This document shows positions 46,784 to 56,247 of a DNA stretch of 64,000 nt, one piece after another. Each line of letters starts with the position of its first letter. Positions within the stretch are counted from its first letter, which is position 1. Source of the DNA: Candidatus Doudnabacteria bacterium (GTDB lineage Bacteria; Patescibacteriota; Doudnabacteria; UBA920); the NCBI GenBank assembly GCA_016788665.1, contig JAEUSF010000004.1:29407-93406 (forward strand). The letters are read 5' to 3'. A program made the position numbers and the translations under genes. The notes under the pieces are model-generated. The model was not told the DNA's origin, ran no database searches, and saw only the letters and a list, made by a program, of their open reading frames with translations.

Positions 46784-47527
46784 ATGAAAATAAGTTTTGT
46801 TATTCCTGCCTATAACGAGGAAAGGTATTTACCCAAGTGCCTGGAAAGTATTATAAAAGAAACCAACAAACATTCTGACATACAGTCAGAAATAATTGTT
46901 GTAAACAATGCCTCAACAGACAGAACCAAAGACATTGCTCTAAACTTTACCACAGTAAAGGTCGTAGACGAACCAAAAAAGGGTTTAGTATTTGCCAGGG
47001 CAGCAGGGGCAGAAAAAGCTACCGGCGACCTTATAGCCCACATAGATGCTGACTGCATGCTACCGCCGGGCTGGTTAGAAAAAGCCACAAAAAACTTTAC
47101 AGAAAATAAAAGCCTGGTCGCTTTAAGCGGACCTTATGTTTACTACGACTTTTCACCATTTCAAAATTTATTGGTAAAAACATACTACTCGCTGGCTACT
47201 CTGCCTAATTTCGCTATAAAAATATTCTCCAAAAATAGCTCCATTCTCCAGGGCGGAAACATTGTTGTTAAAACCCAAGCCTGGAAGAAAATGGCTCCCC
47301 CGTCACCCGGCATAAATTTTTATGGCGAAGACACCGACTTAGCCTCGAGGCTTAGCAAGATTGGCGAAATAAAATTCGACCCCAATTTTACTAACACCAC
47401 TTCTGGTCGAAGGCTTTTAAACGAAGGCATTCTAAAAACCGCCTACAAATACATAATGAATTTTTTATTTGTGCTTTTTTTAAAACGGCCTTTCACAAAA
47501 AAGTACACCGACATACGTCCACATTAA
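46784..47527 (+). CDS. Family 2 glycosyltransferase
   Basis: ISFVIPAYNEE start; the DxD-like HIDAD; 247 aa. Confidence 0.8.
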   Translation: MKISFVIPAYNEERYLPKCLESIIKETNKHSDIQSEIIVVNNASTDRTKDIALNFTTVKVVDEPKKGLVFARAAGAEKATGDLIAHIDADCMLPPGWLEKATKNFTENKSLVALSGPYVYYDFSPFQNLLVKTYYSLATLPNFAIKIFSKNSSILQGGNIVVKTQAWKKMAPPSPGINFYGEDTDLASRLSKIGEIKFDPNFTNTTSGRRLLNEGILKTAYKYIMNFLFVLFLKRPFTKKYTDIRPH

Positions 47528-47590
47528 AACCAATTATTTGCAAACAAAAAACCCTTGCACAAGCGTAAGGGTTTTTTGTTTAGAATCAAA

Positions 47591-47854
47591 TTAACCGAGC
47601 GGGCTTGTTGCATACACCAATTTTTTTCTAACAACCAGAATTTCAAAGGCAACAAAGGTTAAATATAACAGCCCGCTTACACATGTGTGCAAAATTGAAG
47701 CGTTGGTAAACAACATTAAAGCAATACCGCTTGTCAAAGTAAACGCAAACAAAGCATAGCTTAAATTCAACCCTGGCTTGGACGGCTTAAAAAGCAAAAA
47801 ACTTGTAAAACCCAAACTTACTAAAGCTGAAATAATATGAAAAGCTAATATCAT
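47591..47854 (-). CDS. Hypothetical small membrane protein (87 aa)
   Basis: 3 TM; start overlaps the cyoE stop. Confidence 0.3.
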   Translation of the reverse strand: MILAFHIISALVSLGFTSFLLFKPSKPGLNLSYALFAFTLTSGIALMLFTNASILHTCVSGLLYLTFVAFEILVVRKKLVYATSPLG

Positions 47855-48738
47855 AGCAATAATTTATTTAAATATTTATCTATAGGAATTATAACACACA
47901 ACCCTAAGAGGACAATTAAGGAAAATAAAAATACCTGTTTAGCCCAAACTGTTTCGTTAACGTTTTTATACAAACCTTTTAAAGCAAGCAGAAGCCAAGC
48001 AAAAGAAAGAAAAAGCATAAGTAGCATGTAAAAAATTCCAGTATACCCAAACACATACAAAGACCAAGTGGCAGGTATAAACAAGAAAATATAAGCCAAA
48101 ATTTGAAGCTTAGTTGCCTCACTCCCGCTTTTTACCGGCAACACAGGCAATCCCGCAGACGCATAATCCTTAAGCCTAAAAATTCCAATGGCGTAAAAAT
48201 GAGGCATCTGCCATAAAACTAAAATTGCAAAAATAATTAAAGCGCCCATATCTAAACTTAGAGAGGCAGCCGCATATCCCACAACGGGCGGCACAGCACC
48301 GGCTATGGCGCCCACTAAAGTGGAATGGGAAGAAAGTTTCTTTAAAGGCGTATAAAAAGCCACATAAAAAACAACTCCTACCCAAGCTACCCAAAAGGCC
48401 AAGTGTCCGGCTATAAAATACAAAACCGTACTGCCCAAAAAGAGCAAAGTACTAGCAAACAAAAACGCTTTATACTTTGTTATTTTACCCAAAACCAAGG
48501 CTCGCTTACTCGTTCTTTCCATTTTTGCATCTATTTCTACATCCCAAATATTATTCAGCACACAAGCCCCAGCCATAACAAGCCCTAAACCAACCACGCA
48601 AAACACAAATCTAATAACAGAAAATTCGTTATAGTCAGACCCTAAAAAGAAACCAGCCACGACACTCAAGGAATTTCCATATACTATGCCTGGTTTGGAA
48701 AGATAATAATAGAGCTTAAATTTTTCTTGTAAGTTCAT
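47851..48738 (-). CDS. cyoE: Protoheme IX farnesyltransferase (heme O synthase, UbiA family)
   Basis: NNIWDVEIDAKMERTSKR UbiA/CyoE Asp-rich motif; 295 aa, polytopic; sits at the end of the cyo operon. Confidence 0.8.
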   Translation of the reverse strand: MNLQEKFKLYYYLSKPGIVYGNSLSVVAGFFLGSDYNEFSVIRFVFCVVGLGLVMAGACVLNNIWDVEIDAKMERTSKRALVLGKITKYKAFLFASTLLFLGSTVLYFIAGHLAFWVAWVGVVFYVAFYTPLKKLSSHSTLVGAIAGAVPPVVGYAAASLSLDMGALIIFAILVLWQMPHFYAIGIFRLKDYASAGLPVLPVKSGSEATKLQILAYIFLFIPATWSLYVFGYTGIFYMLLMLFLSFAWLLLALKGLYKNVNETVWAKQVFLFSLIVLLGLCVIIPIDKYLNKLLL

Positions 48739-49082
48739 TTATGTATTGCTTCCTTCTCCATTATTTCGTGATCTGTTTTCATACCCGAAGACATCATGTT
48801 GTAATTTAAATGCCCCATAATCCACAAACACCCCGCCACTACAATAATAACAACTCCCATAGTAGAAATAAAAAACAAATTATTCCACTTTTGCGAAGAT
48901 TCTGCTCTCATATGCAAAAAAAATATAACCTGGGCCATTACCTGCAAAATCGCCAGAACAAATATAAACAACCCTGCACTAGGCATGCCTTTTACCACCC
49001 AAAAAAAAGCAACAAGGGTCAGTAAAAGAGAAAACAAAAACCCTAACAAAATATGTTTAAATGTGGGCATACAAATATACAA
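48735..49082 (-). CDS. cyoD: Cytochrome bo3 quinol oxidase subunit IV
   Basis: 115 aa, 3 TM, in the operon position of cyoD. Confidence 0.55.
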   Translation of the reverse strand: MYICMPTFKHILLGFLFSLLLTLVAFFWVVKGMPSAGLFIFVLAILQVMAQVIFFLHMRAESSQKWNNLFFISTMGVVIIVVAGCLWIMGHLNYNMMSSGMKTDHEIMEKEAIHK

Positions 49083-49635
49083 TGGTAAAAATAAAAATCC
49101 AGACTACGTCTAGAAAATGCCAAAACAAAAACAATCTTCTAAGCTTAGAAGCCACAAAATCAGACAGCCCAAAAGACCTTAGTTGGAAAAACGAAACGGT
49201 AATCCACAAAATTCCAGCAGCTATATGCAGTCCGTGCAAAATAATTAAGGAAAAAAATGCAGACAAAAAAGCATTGGTCTGCCAGGAATATCCTTCCAAA
49301 ACTAGGTTATTCAGCTCCTTATAACCCAGAAACAAAAAAAATGAACCTAAAATTAAAGTCAGCAACAGCCAAAAACTTGTAGCGCGTACATTTCTTTTCT
49401 CTACGTACAAACCAGCTAAACCGCATGTAAAACTGCTCGTAAGTAAAACTATTGTCGAGAACAAAACCAAAGACAGATTAAACAGCTCTTCGCCCCCTGG
49501 ACTATTAAAATTGTTATTTTTCAAAACTATGTAAGAAGCAAACAACGCGGCAAACATTATTAAGTCTGTCATTAAATACAGCCAAAAACCTAAAAAACTG
49601 TTTTCCTGCTGATGCTGGTGAAAAATTTCTGTCAT
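49057..49635 (-). CDS. cyoC: Heme-copper oxidase subunit III
   Basis: 192 aa, 5 TM; conserved subunit III helices (GLHIAAGILW). Confidence 0.75.
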   Translation of the reverse strand: MTEIFHQHQQENSFLGFWLYLMTDLIMFAALFASYIVLKNNNFNSPGGEELFNLSLVLFSTIVLLTSSFTCGLAGLYVEKRNVRATSFWLLLTLILGSFFLFLGYKELNNLVLEGYSWQTNAFLSAFFSLIILHGLHIAAGILWITVSFFQLRSFGLSDFVASKLRRLFLFWHFLDVVWIFIFTIVYLYAHI

Positions 49636-49638
49636 AAT

Positions 49639-51642
49639 TTATTGTTTTAACTGCCAAATTTCCTTTAGTCCCCTGCTTTCCATTTTAGCTACGTCTTCGG
49701 ACTTTATTGTAAACTCGGTGTGATGATCAAACGACCTAAAAATTACACAGGTAACTGCTCCAACAAAACCTACTGCCCCAAGCCAGACAATATGCCAGAC
49801 AAAAGCAAAACCAACTAAAAATAAAAATGCAGAAATATAAATTCCTACCGCTGTGTTTTTAGGCATTACAATATCTTCGTACTGTTTATTAGCCTGCCCA
49901 CTTACTAGCTTATCAACCTGCCCACTAACTTTCATATCCCAAAAAGCATCTCTGTTCTTTATTTCTGGAATAACCGCAAAATTATAAACCGGAGGCGGAG
50001 AAGAAGTTGACCATTCTAAAGTTCGTCCGTCCCACGGATCACCACTCTGGTCTTGGTTCTGTTTTCTTTCTTTTATACTAACTATTATTTGCCATATTTG
50101 AGCACAGACCGCCACACAAATAATAATAAATCCCAATCCTGCCACCATAAACAACCCTTGCCAACCTCTCGACGCATCGTAGTGATCAAGCCTTCTGGTT
50201 ACCCCCATAAGCCCTAAAATATACAAAGGAGTAAAGGAAACCAAAAAACCAGCTATCCAAAGCCAAAATGCTCTCTTACCCCATTTTTCGTTTAGCAAGA
50301 AGCCAGTTACCTTGGGGAACCAATAAGTAATAGCGGCAAATATTCCAAACAAAGCTCCTCCAATAACCATGGTATGGAAATGTGCAACTAAAAATAAGCT
50401 GTTATGAAGCTGAAAGTCCAAGCCTGGGATTCCAAGCATTACTCCGGCCATGCCTCCTAAAGTAAAAGTAAAAACAAAACCAAAAAACCAATGCATAGCA
50501 GAAGTAAAACGCGGATCGCCTTTATAAAGAGTAGCCAGCCAATTAAAAATTTGCACTCCTGTTGGTATGGCAATAAGGCCAGTCATAATACCAAAAAACG
50601 CATTTACGTTGGCCCCAGCTCCCATAGTAAAAAAATGATGCAGCCAAACCAGCATGGAAAGTCCGGAAATAAGCAATGCGTCAGCTACTAAAGAACCATA
50701 TCCAAACAATCTCCTTCGACTGAAGGTTGCCACAATTTCCGAATAAATTCCAAAGGCAGGTAGCATAAGTATATAAACCTCCGGATGCCCCCATGACCAA
50801 ATAAGGTTCACGTAAAGCATGGGGTTACCTCCCAAGTTGGAAGTAAAGAAGTGCATACCAAAAGCTCTGTCTAAAGAAAGCATAAGCAGAGTCATGGTCA
50901 AAATTGGAAAAGTGGAAACCACCAACAATAAACTGCCCAGGCAAGTCCAGACAAACATTGGCATTTTCATTAGAGTCATCCCAGGCGCCCGCATTTTTAA
51001 AATTGTAACCAAAAGATTTACGCCTGAAAGCAAACTGCCAAGCCCCGAAATTTGTAGACTCCAAATCCAATAATCCACCCCAACGCCCGGACTAAACTCA
51101 AGCTCAGACAAAGGCGGCATAGCAAGCCAGCCTGTCGCAGCAAATTCACCACCGAAGAAAAAAAATAAATTTATAAATAACGCACCGGCAGCATATAGCC
51201 AAAAACTTAAAGTGTTTAAAAGTGGAAAAGCTACATCCCGAGCCCCAATCTGCAAAGGCAATATATAATTCATAAGCCCAAACAAAAATCCAGTGGTCAC
51301 AAAGAAAATCATAATAGTGCCGTGCGCGGTAAAAATTTGTTGGAAATGATCCGCGGTCAAATACCCTCCCGAACCACTTGCCAAAGATTGCTGAAGCCAA
51401 ATCATACCAGCATCTAAGCCTCCCCTTACTAACATTAAGGCCGCGACCACAAAATACATAATACCTATTTTTTTAGGGTCAGTAGACGTCAACCATTCCT
51501 GCCATAGCCATTTCCACTTTTTTGTATATGTTAAATATACAAAAATTCCCAGTCCCGCCAAAACCATAGACAAAGCACCGCCAATTGTAAACCATTCGTG
51601 AGGCAACGAAGCCCAAGTTAGTTTTCCAAACCAAAATTTCAT
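49639..51642 (-). CDS. cyoB: Heme-copper oxidase subunit I (quinol oxidase type)
   Basis: [23 protein letters not shown] and the His ligands of heme/CuB; 667 aa. Confidence 0.9.
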   Translation of the reverse strand: [667 protein letters not shown]

Positions 51643-51643
51643 A

Positions 51644-52591
51644 TTAGTAACTAAAAGAAGGATTATTATTATCTAAACTATCCACATTATGACTTGGCAT
51701 ACCAGGCATGTACCCCCCATCAGGCATAAATTTTTCCATTATTTTTTCGTATAAACTGTCCTCAACAAATGAAAAGACTTCTGGTTCATGTTTTTTTTCC
51801 TCCTCGCTCAATCTCTCGTATTCTTTTAGCGTAAGTTTTAAACTTTTGCTTTTAACATTTTTTAACCAATTCCCGTAATCTGTTTCCGAGACTGAATGTA
51901 GAACAAAATTCATGTCAGCAAAACCACGCCCGTTAATTTCTGCTGCAAAACCTTCAAAATCACCTTTCTGATCCGCTTGTAAATGAAGCTTTGTTGTCAT
52001 TCCCGCCATAGAATACATTTGCCCACCCAAACGAGGTATCCAAAAAGAATTCATAGGCGCGTCTGCAGTTAAATTAAATTCAATAGGAGTTTGTTCGGGC
52101 ACCTGCAAAAAATTTATTGTAGCGATGCGCTCGTTTGGATAAATAAACAACCACTTCCAATTTAAAGCCACCACCTGTATGACGATAGGTTCCTTTTTAA
52201 GGCTTAGGGGCTTGTATGGATCTAAATCATGCGTACTTTTCCAATTAATTACAGAAATGGAAAAAATTAAAATAACGGGCACTAACCATACAAAAATCTG
52301 CCACAAACCTTCGTGTGATTTATTTTTTTCGAATAAAGAAATTTTTTCGTGTTTTCTACGTTTTAAAATAAATACGGCAAAACAAAACAGTGGTATTGCC
52401 ACCACAAGCATTAAAAACAACACCAGCTTAAACAACATATACTCTTTTATAGCAACTTCCCCTGCCGGCTGAAGCAAGGCAAAGTTTACCAGCCTAATTT
52501 TAGGCCAGACAAAAAACCACAAAGCCAAGCCCAGCAAAAATACGTCTATTACCACTAAATACAGTATAATAATTTTTTGTTTCTTCGACAT
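51644..52591 (-). CDS. cyoA: Quinol oxidase subunit II
   Basis: Two N-terminal TM helices plus a cupredoxin-fold domain; NSFWIPRLGGQMYSMAGMTTKLHL resembles CyoA with no CuA Cys/His cluster evident. Confidence 0.75.
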   Translation of the reverse strand: MSKKQKIIILYLVVIDVFLLGLALWFFVWPKIRLVNFALLQPAGEVAIKEYMLFKLVLFLMLVVAIPLFCFAVFILKRRKHEKISLFEKNKSHEGLWQIFVWLVPVILIFSISVINWKSTHDLDPYKPLSLKKEPIVIQVVALNWKWLFIYPNERIATINFLQVPEQTPIEFNLTADAPMNSFWIPRLGGQMYSMAGMTTKLHLQADQKGDFEGFAAEINGRGFADMNFVLHSVSETDYGNWLKNVKSKSLKLTLKEYERLSEEEKKHEPEVFSFVEDSLYEKIMEKFMPDGGYMPGMPSHNVDSLDNNNPSFSY

Positions 52592-52781
52592 GCTTATTTT
52601 AGATAATTATATCATAGTTATTGACTACTTTAATCTTTTTTTGTATAATTGTACTAATTTATAGAACTCCCCGGCTGACACAGCAACCGGCATTGTACTC
52701 TTACCAATACTGTGTAAGAGTTTTATTGTTTTTAGGTTCTCCAAATTTTTCATTTTGATTTTTCATTTCAATTTGAAACAT

Positions 52782-52857
52782 GGCGACTATGGTATAATGG
52801 TTATTACGCTGCTCTGTGGAAGCGGAAATACGGGTTCAATTCCCGTTAGTCGCCCCA
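52782..52857 (+). tRNA. tRNA-His (anticodon GTG) with genomically encoded G-1
   Basis: Hand-folded: G-1 opposite C73, acceptor GCGACTA/TAGTCGC, anticodon loop CTGTGGA, T-arm ACGGG-TTCAATT-CCCGT, CCA encoded. Confidence 0.85.
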
Positions 52858-52959
52858 AAAATAATAAGCCTTACTTGTTAAAGTAGGGCTTATTATTTTG
52901 AGAATTTATTAATTTAGTTGCTATAATATAGTAGAATAGACTTAAATAACATTACAACC

Positions 52960-53343
52960 ATGGACTTAAACGAAGAAGAATTAAAAACCAAACTCACCCC
53001 GGAGCAATATCATATTTTGCGTGAAAAAGGTACCGAGGCACCTTTTTCAAGCCCCCTTTTGGAAGTGCATGACAAAAACATGGACTTCGCATGTGTTGTA
53101 TGTGGCAACATTCTATTTAAAGGCGATGCTAAATTTGAAAGCGGTACAGGCTGGCCATCTTTTGATCAAGCGTTGCCGGGAAGTGTTAAAATAAGCAATG
53201 ATAATTCTCATGGTATGAGCAGAACCGAGGTAACTTGTTCAAAATGCGGTAGCCATTTAGGTCACGTTTTTAACGACGGCCCAGCCACAACCGGCCAACG
53301 CTACTGCATAAATGGAGCTTGTTTATTAACCAAAAAAATTTAA
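52960..53343 (+). CDS. msrB: Peptide-methionine (R)-S-oxide reductase
   Basis: Zinc sites CVVCG..CSKCG, catalytic region HLGHVFNDGP; 127 aa. Confidence 0.9.
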   Translation: MDLNEEELKTKLTPEQYHILREKGTEAPFSSPLLEVHDKNMDFACVVCGNILFKGDAKFESGTGWPSFDQALPGSVKISNDNSHGMSRTEVTCSKCGSHLGHVFNDGPATTGQRYCINGACLLTKKI

Positions 53344-53392
53344 TTGATTAAGCAATACAGAAGCTATCGTTCTTATTTTTTAAGATGCAAAA

Positions 53393-54190
53393 ATGCCAAA
53401 TTCATATCCCCCACCTGTTATAGCCTTAGGGCAACAACCAAACGGCTTTTTTCCAAAAAGATATTTAGTTTCCAAACTAGAAACTGCTCGAAATCTCCAA
53501 AAGGAAATTGGCGGAAAAATAATCTTTTTTTACCACGACTCAGACTCCGACTATAGGGAAACCATAACAGTATTAAAAGACAAAAATACACAAAGTGAAT
53601 TCCGTTTAAACTTCACGCAAGAAAATAAAATCCAAAAGAACTTTTCGCCCCTTTACTTAAAAAGAATCCCAGAAAATTGGAAAGCGGAAATTTTAAAACA
53701 ACTACCTCGCGCACTAGAAGAAAACCAAATTAAATTATTTTCTTCGATTGGAGCCAAAAATACAGCTGATTTTTGTTTAGAAATGTATAAAAAACTCGGG
53801 CTACTCGAAGGCGTAGAAATCATAAGGTCGAGCAATCAAGATTTTCGCCAAAAAGCTCCAAACCTAACAAACGATTACTACGCTGACGTAAAATACGAAA
53901 ACGAAATAGTTAGGGCAAAAGTATTAGCAAAAGACAATAAAAAATTTGGACTACTTCACCACGGAGGGGGTAAAAACACAGAATTTGAAATCTCAGAGGA
54001 GATACCCAAAAATCAAATTACTCCGGGGAGAGACGAAAGATTTGGTTGGATGAACTCTGTTATAAAAAGCACACACTACATTTGCGGAAATTCTGAATTT
54101 GAATATTTAAAAAAAGAAAAATTCCCAGAAGTTAAATTTCTAAAAAGAGATCAGGTAGAAGACGAAAGCCTTGCCTGGTTACCCTCTTAA
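53393..54190 (+). CDS. Hypothetical protein (265 aa), first gene of the bshB/bshA-like cluster
   Basis: No family placed with confidence; it occupies the slot where a third thiol-pathway enzyme would be expected. Confidence 0.45.
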   Translation: MPNSYPPPVIALGQQPNGFFPKRYLVSKLETARNLQKEIGGKIIFFYHDSDSDYRETITVLKDKNTQSEFRLNFTQENKIQKNFSPLYLKRIPENWKAEILKQLPRALEENQIKLFSSIGAKNTADFCLEMYKKLGLLEGVEIIRSSNQDFRQKAPNLTNDYYADVKYENEIVRAKVLAKDNKKFGLLHHGGGKNTEFEISEEIPKNQITPGRDERFGWMNSVIKSTHYICGNSEFEYLKKEKFPEVKFLKRDQVEDESLAWLPS

Positions 54191-54238
54191 ATCTTAAATC
54201 CCCGCTTACCCACAGGCGGGTATAATCTTAAGTAAACT

Positions 54239-54976
54239 ATGAATAAAATTATGTCCCGCGGAGCGGGATCCGGCTTCGCCGGAAAAATACTATGTGTTGG
54301 TGCACACCCCGATGACATTGAATTCGGTATTGGTGCCTTAATAATAAAAGAGACTTCACAAAACACCGATGTAAAATATATTATCGGTTCTTTAGGCGAA
54401 GCTGGTTCAAATGGCACCCCGGAAGAAAGAGAACAGGAAGCAATAGCAGCTGCTTCAATTTGCGGAGTAAATGACGTTGAATTTTTAAACTTGGGGGGCG
54501 ACTGCCATATTGAAGATTCTGCTATAAACGCAATTACCTTAGCTAAAAAAATTCGTGAATTTAAACCCGACATTGTTTTAGCTCCTGAAATGCACTTCAA
54601 CCAGCACCCCGACCATTACAATATTTCAAAACTCACTCATTCTGCTTGCAGACTAGCTCGTTATGGCGGTTTAAGTGAAATAAAAGAACTTCCTGTACAC
54701 AAAATTAATTCACTATTTTTTTACCCTTCTCGCGCTGAATGGGGCAATTCACCCGACGTGTTAATAGACGTTTCGGAGAACTTTGAAATCTGGATAAAGG
54801 CCATGGAAGCGCATACTTCCCAAATGAAAACACGAAACTATATAAATCTGGTATCGACAAAAGCTGCAGCATGGGGAGCTTCAATAGGAGTCAACTATGC
54901 TGTAGGGCTTTGGACAAACGACCCAATCCGCGTAAATACTATTTCAGACTTAAACCTGTCTTCACGAAAGTACTAA
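54239..54976 (+). CDS. PIG-L/LmbE-family N-acetylglucosaminyl deacetylase (BshB/MshB-like)
   Basis: VGAHPDDIEFG and HPDH motifs; 245 aa. Confidence 0.75.
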   Translation: MNKIMSRGAGSGFAGKILCVGAHPDDIEFGIGALIIKETSQNTDVKYIIGSLGEAGSNGTPEEREQEAIAAASICGVNDVEFLNLGGDCHIEDSAINAITLAKKIREFKPDIVLAPEMHFNQHPDHYNISKLTHSACRLARYGGLSEIKELPVHKINSLFFYPSRAEWGNSPDVLIDVSENFEIWIKAMEAHTSQMKTRNYINLVSTKAAAWGASIGVNYAVGLWTNDPIRVNTISDLNLSSRKY

Positions 54977-54977
54977 C

Positions 54978-56108
54978 ATGAATAAAAAGCTTAATATTGG
55001 AATTGTTTGCTATCCTAGCGTAGGCGGCAGCGGAATTGTCGCCACTAACTTAGGCAACTCTTTGGCCGAACTTGGGCACAGCGTACATTTTATTGCTTAC
55101 GAGAAGCCTTTTAGGCTAAACGAAAAACAAAAAAATGTACACTTTCATAAAGTTTATATAAACAAATACGAACTATTCAAATACCCCGATTACACCCTCC
55201 CCCTCTCAGTTGCAATTGGTTCCATACATAAAAAATATAAATTAGATATTTTACATGTCCATTATGCGGTGCCACACGCAACCGCAGCGCTGCTTGCTGA
55301 ACAAATGCTTACACACAGCGGGATAAAACCGCCCCATTTGGTCACCACCCTTCACGGCACAGATATTACTTTGCTTGCAAAAAATAAACATCTCTACGAA
55401 ATTATAAAATACTCTATAGAAAACTCTTGCTGCGTTACAGCAGTTTCGGACTATTTAGCACAGCAAACAAAAAAAATCCTGCAAACAACAAAGCCTATAA
55501 AAGTCATACACAACTTTTATAGCCCGAAGGAAGTTACCAAATCTAAAGAGAAAGTAAGAAAAAGCTTAAATCTCAAGCCGACCGACTTTGTTGCCTTACA
55601 CATGTCTAACCTGCGGGAAGTTAAACGCATACCAGACTTACTAAAAATAGTTTCAAATTTTAAAAGCCAAGAAAACTTTAAACTCCTTATACTTTCTGGC
55701 GGAAGCTTTCAGCAGTACAAGCCGCTTGTCAAAAAACTTGGCATAGAGGAAAAAGTTGTTTTAGTAGAAAATGCTCAAGACATAGAAAATTATATAAACG
55801 CAGCAGACTTTGGCCTTTATACTTCTGGCGAAGAAAGCTTTGGTCTTTCCATTTTAGAAACCATGAGCCTTGGAAAACCGGTTGTAGCCAGCCGTGCCGG
55901 CGGTGTACCGGAAGTCATAACCGACAAACAAAATGGGTTCCTGTGCAAAGTCGGTGACATAAAAAGCTTTGTCAGCAAAATAAAGCTGCTAGAAAAAGAC
56001 CAAGACCTGCTTACATCTTTGGGAGAAAACGCAAGACAAACTGCCGAACAAGAGTTTTCCTCCAAAAAAATTATAAATGAATACCTTAATTACTACAGGC
56101 ACATATAA
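54978..56108 (+). CDS. GT4 glycosyltransferase resembling BshA (N-acetyl-alpha-D-glucosaminyl L-malate synthase)
   Basis: N-terminus LNIGIVCYPSVGGSGIVATNLGNSLAELGH is typical of BshA-like GT4 enzymes; ...HGTDITLL... and the C-terminal E..G.PVVASRAGG donor-binding motifs are present; 376 aa. Confidence 0.75.
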   Translation: MNKKLNIGIVCYPSVGGSGIVATNLGNSLAELGHSVHFIAYEKPFRLNEKQKNVHFHKVYINKYELFKYPDYTLPLSVAIGSIHKKYKLDILHVHYAVPHATAALLAEQMLTHSGIKPPHLVTTLHGTDITLLAKNKHLYEIIKYSIENSCCVTAVSDYLAQQTKKILQTTKPIKVIHNFYSPKEVTKSKEKVRKSLNLKPTDFVALHMSNLREVKRIPDLLKIVSNFKSQENFKLLILSGGSFQQYKPLVKKLGIEEKVVLVENAQDIENYINAADFGLYTSGEESFGLSILETMSLGKPVVASRAGGVPEVITDKQNGFLCKVGDIKSFVSKIKLLEKDQDLLTSLGENARQTAEQEFSSKKIINEYLNYYRHI

Positions 56109-56247
56109 AACAAACAGCTCCCTAAAAACGGGAGTTGTTTTTAGTTTTAATGAACCCTTGTAAATTTCAAGCATTTGGTTTAATATAAACAAACCTTCAG
56201 TCTAGGCAACCCCTCGGCTGAATATCTCTTCTTAGTTTGGAGGAACA

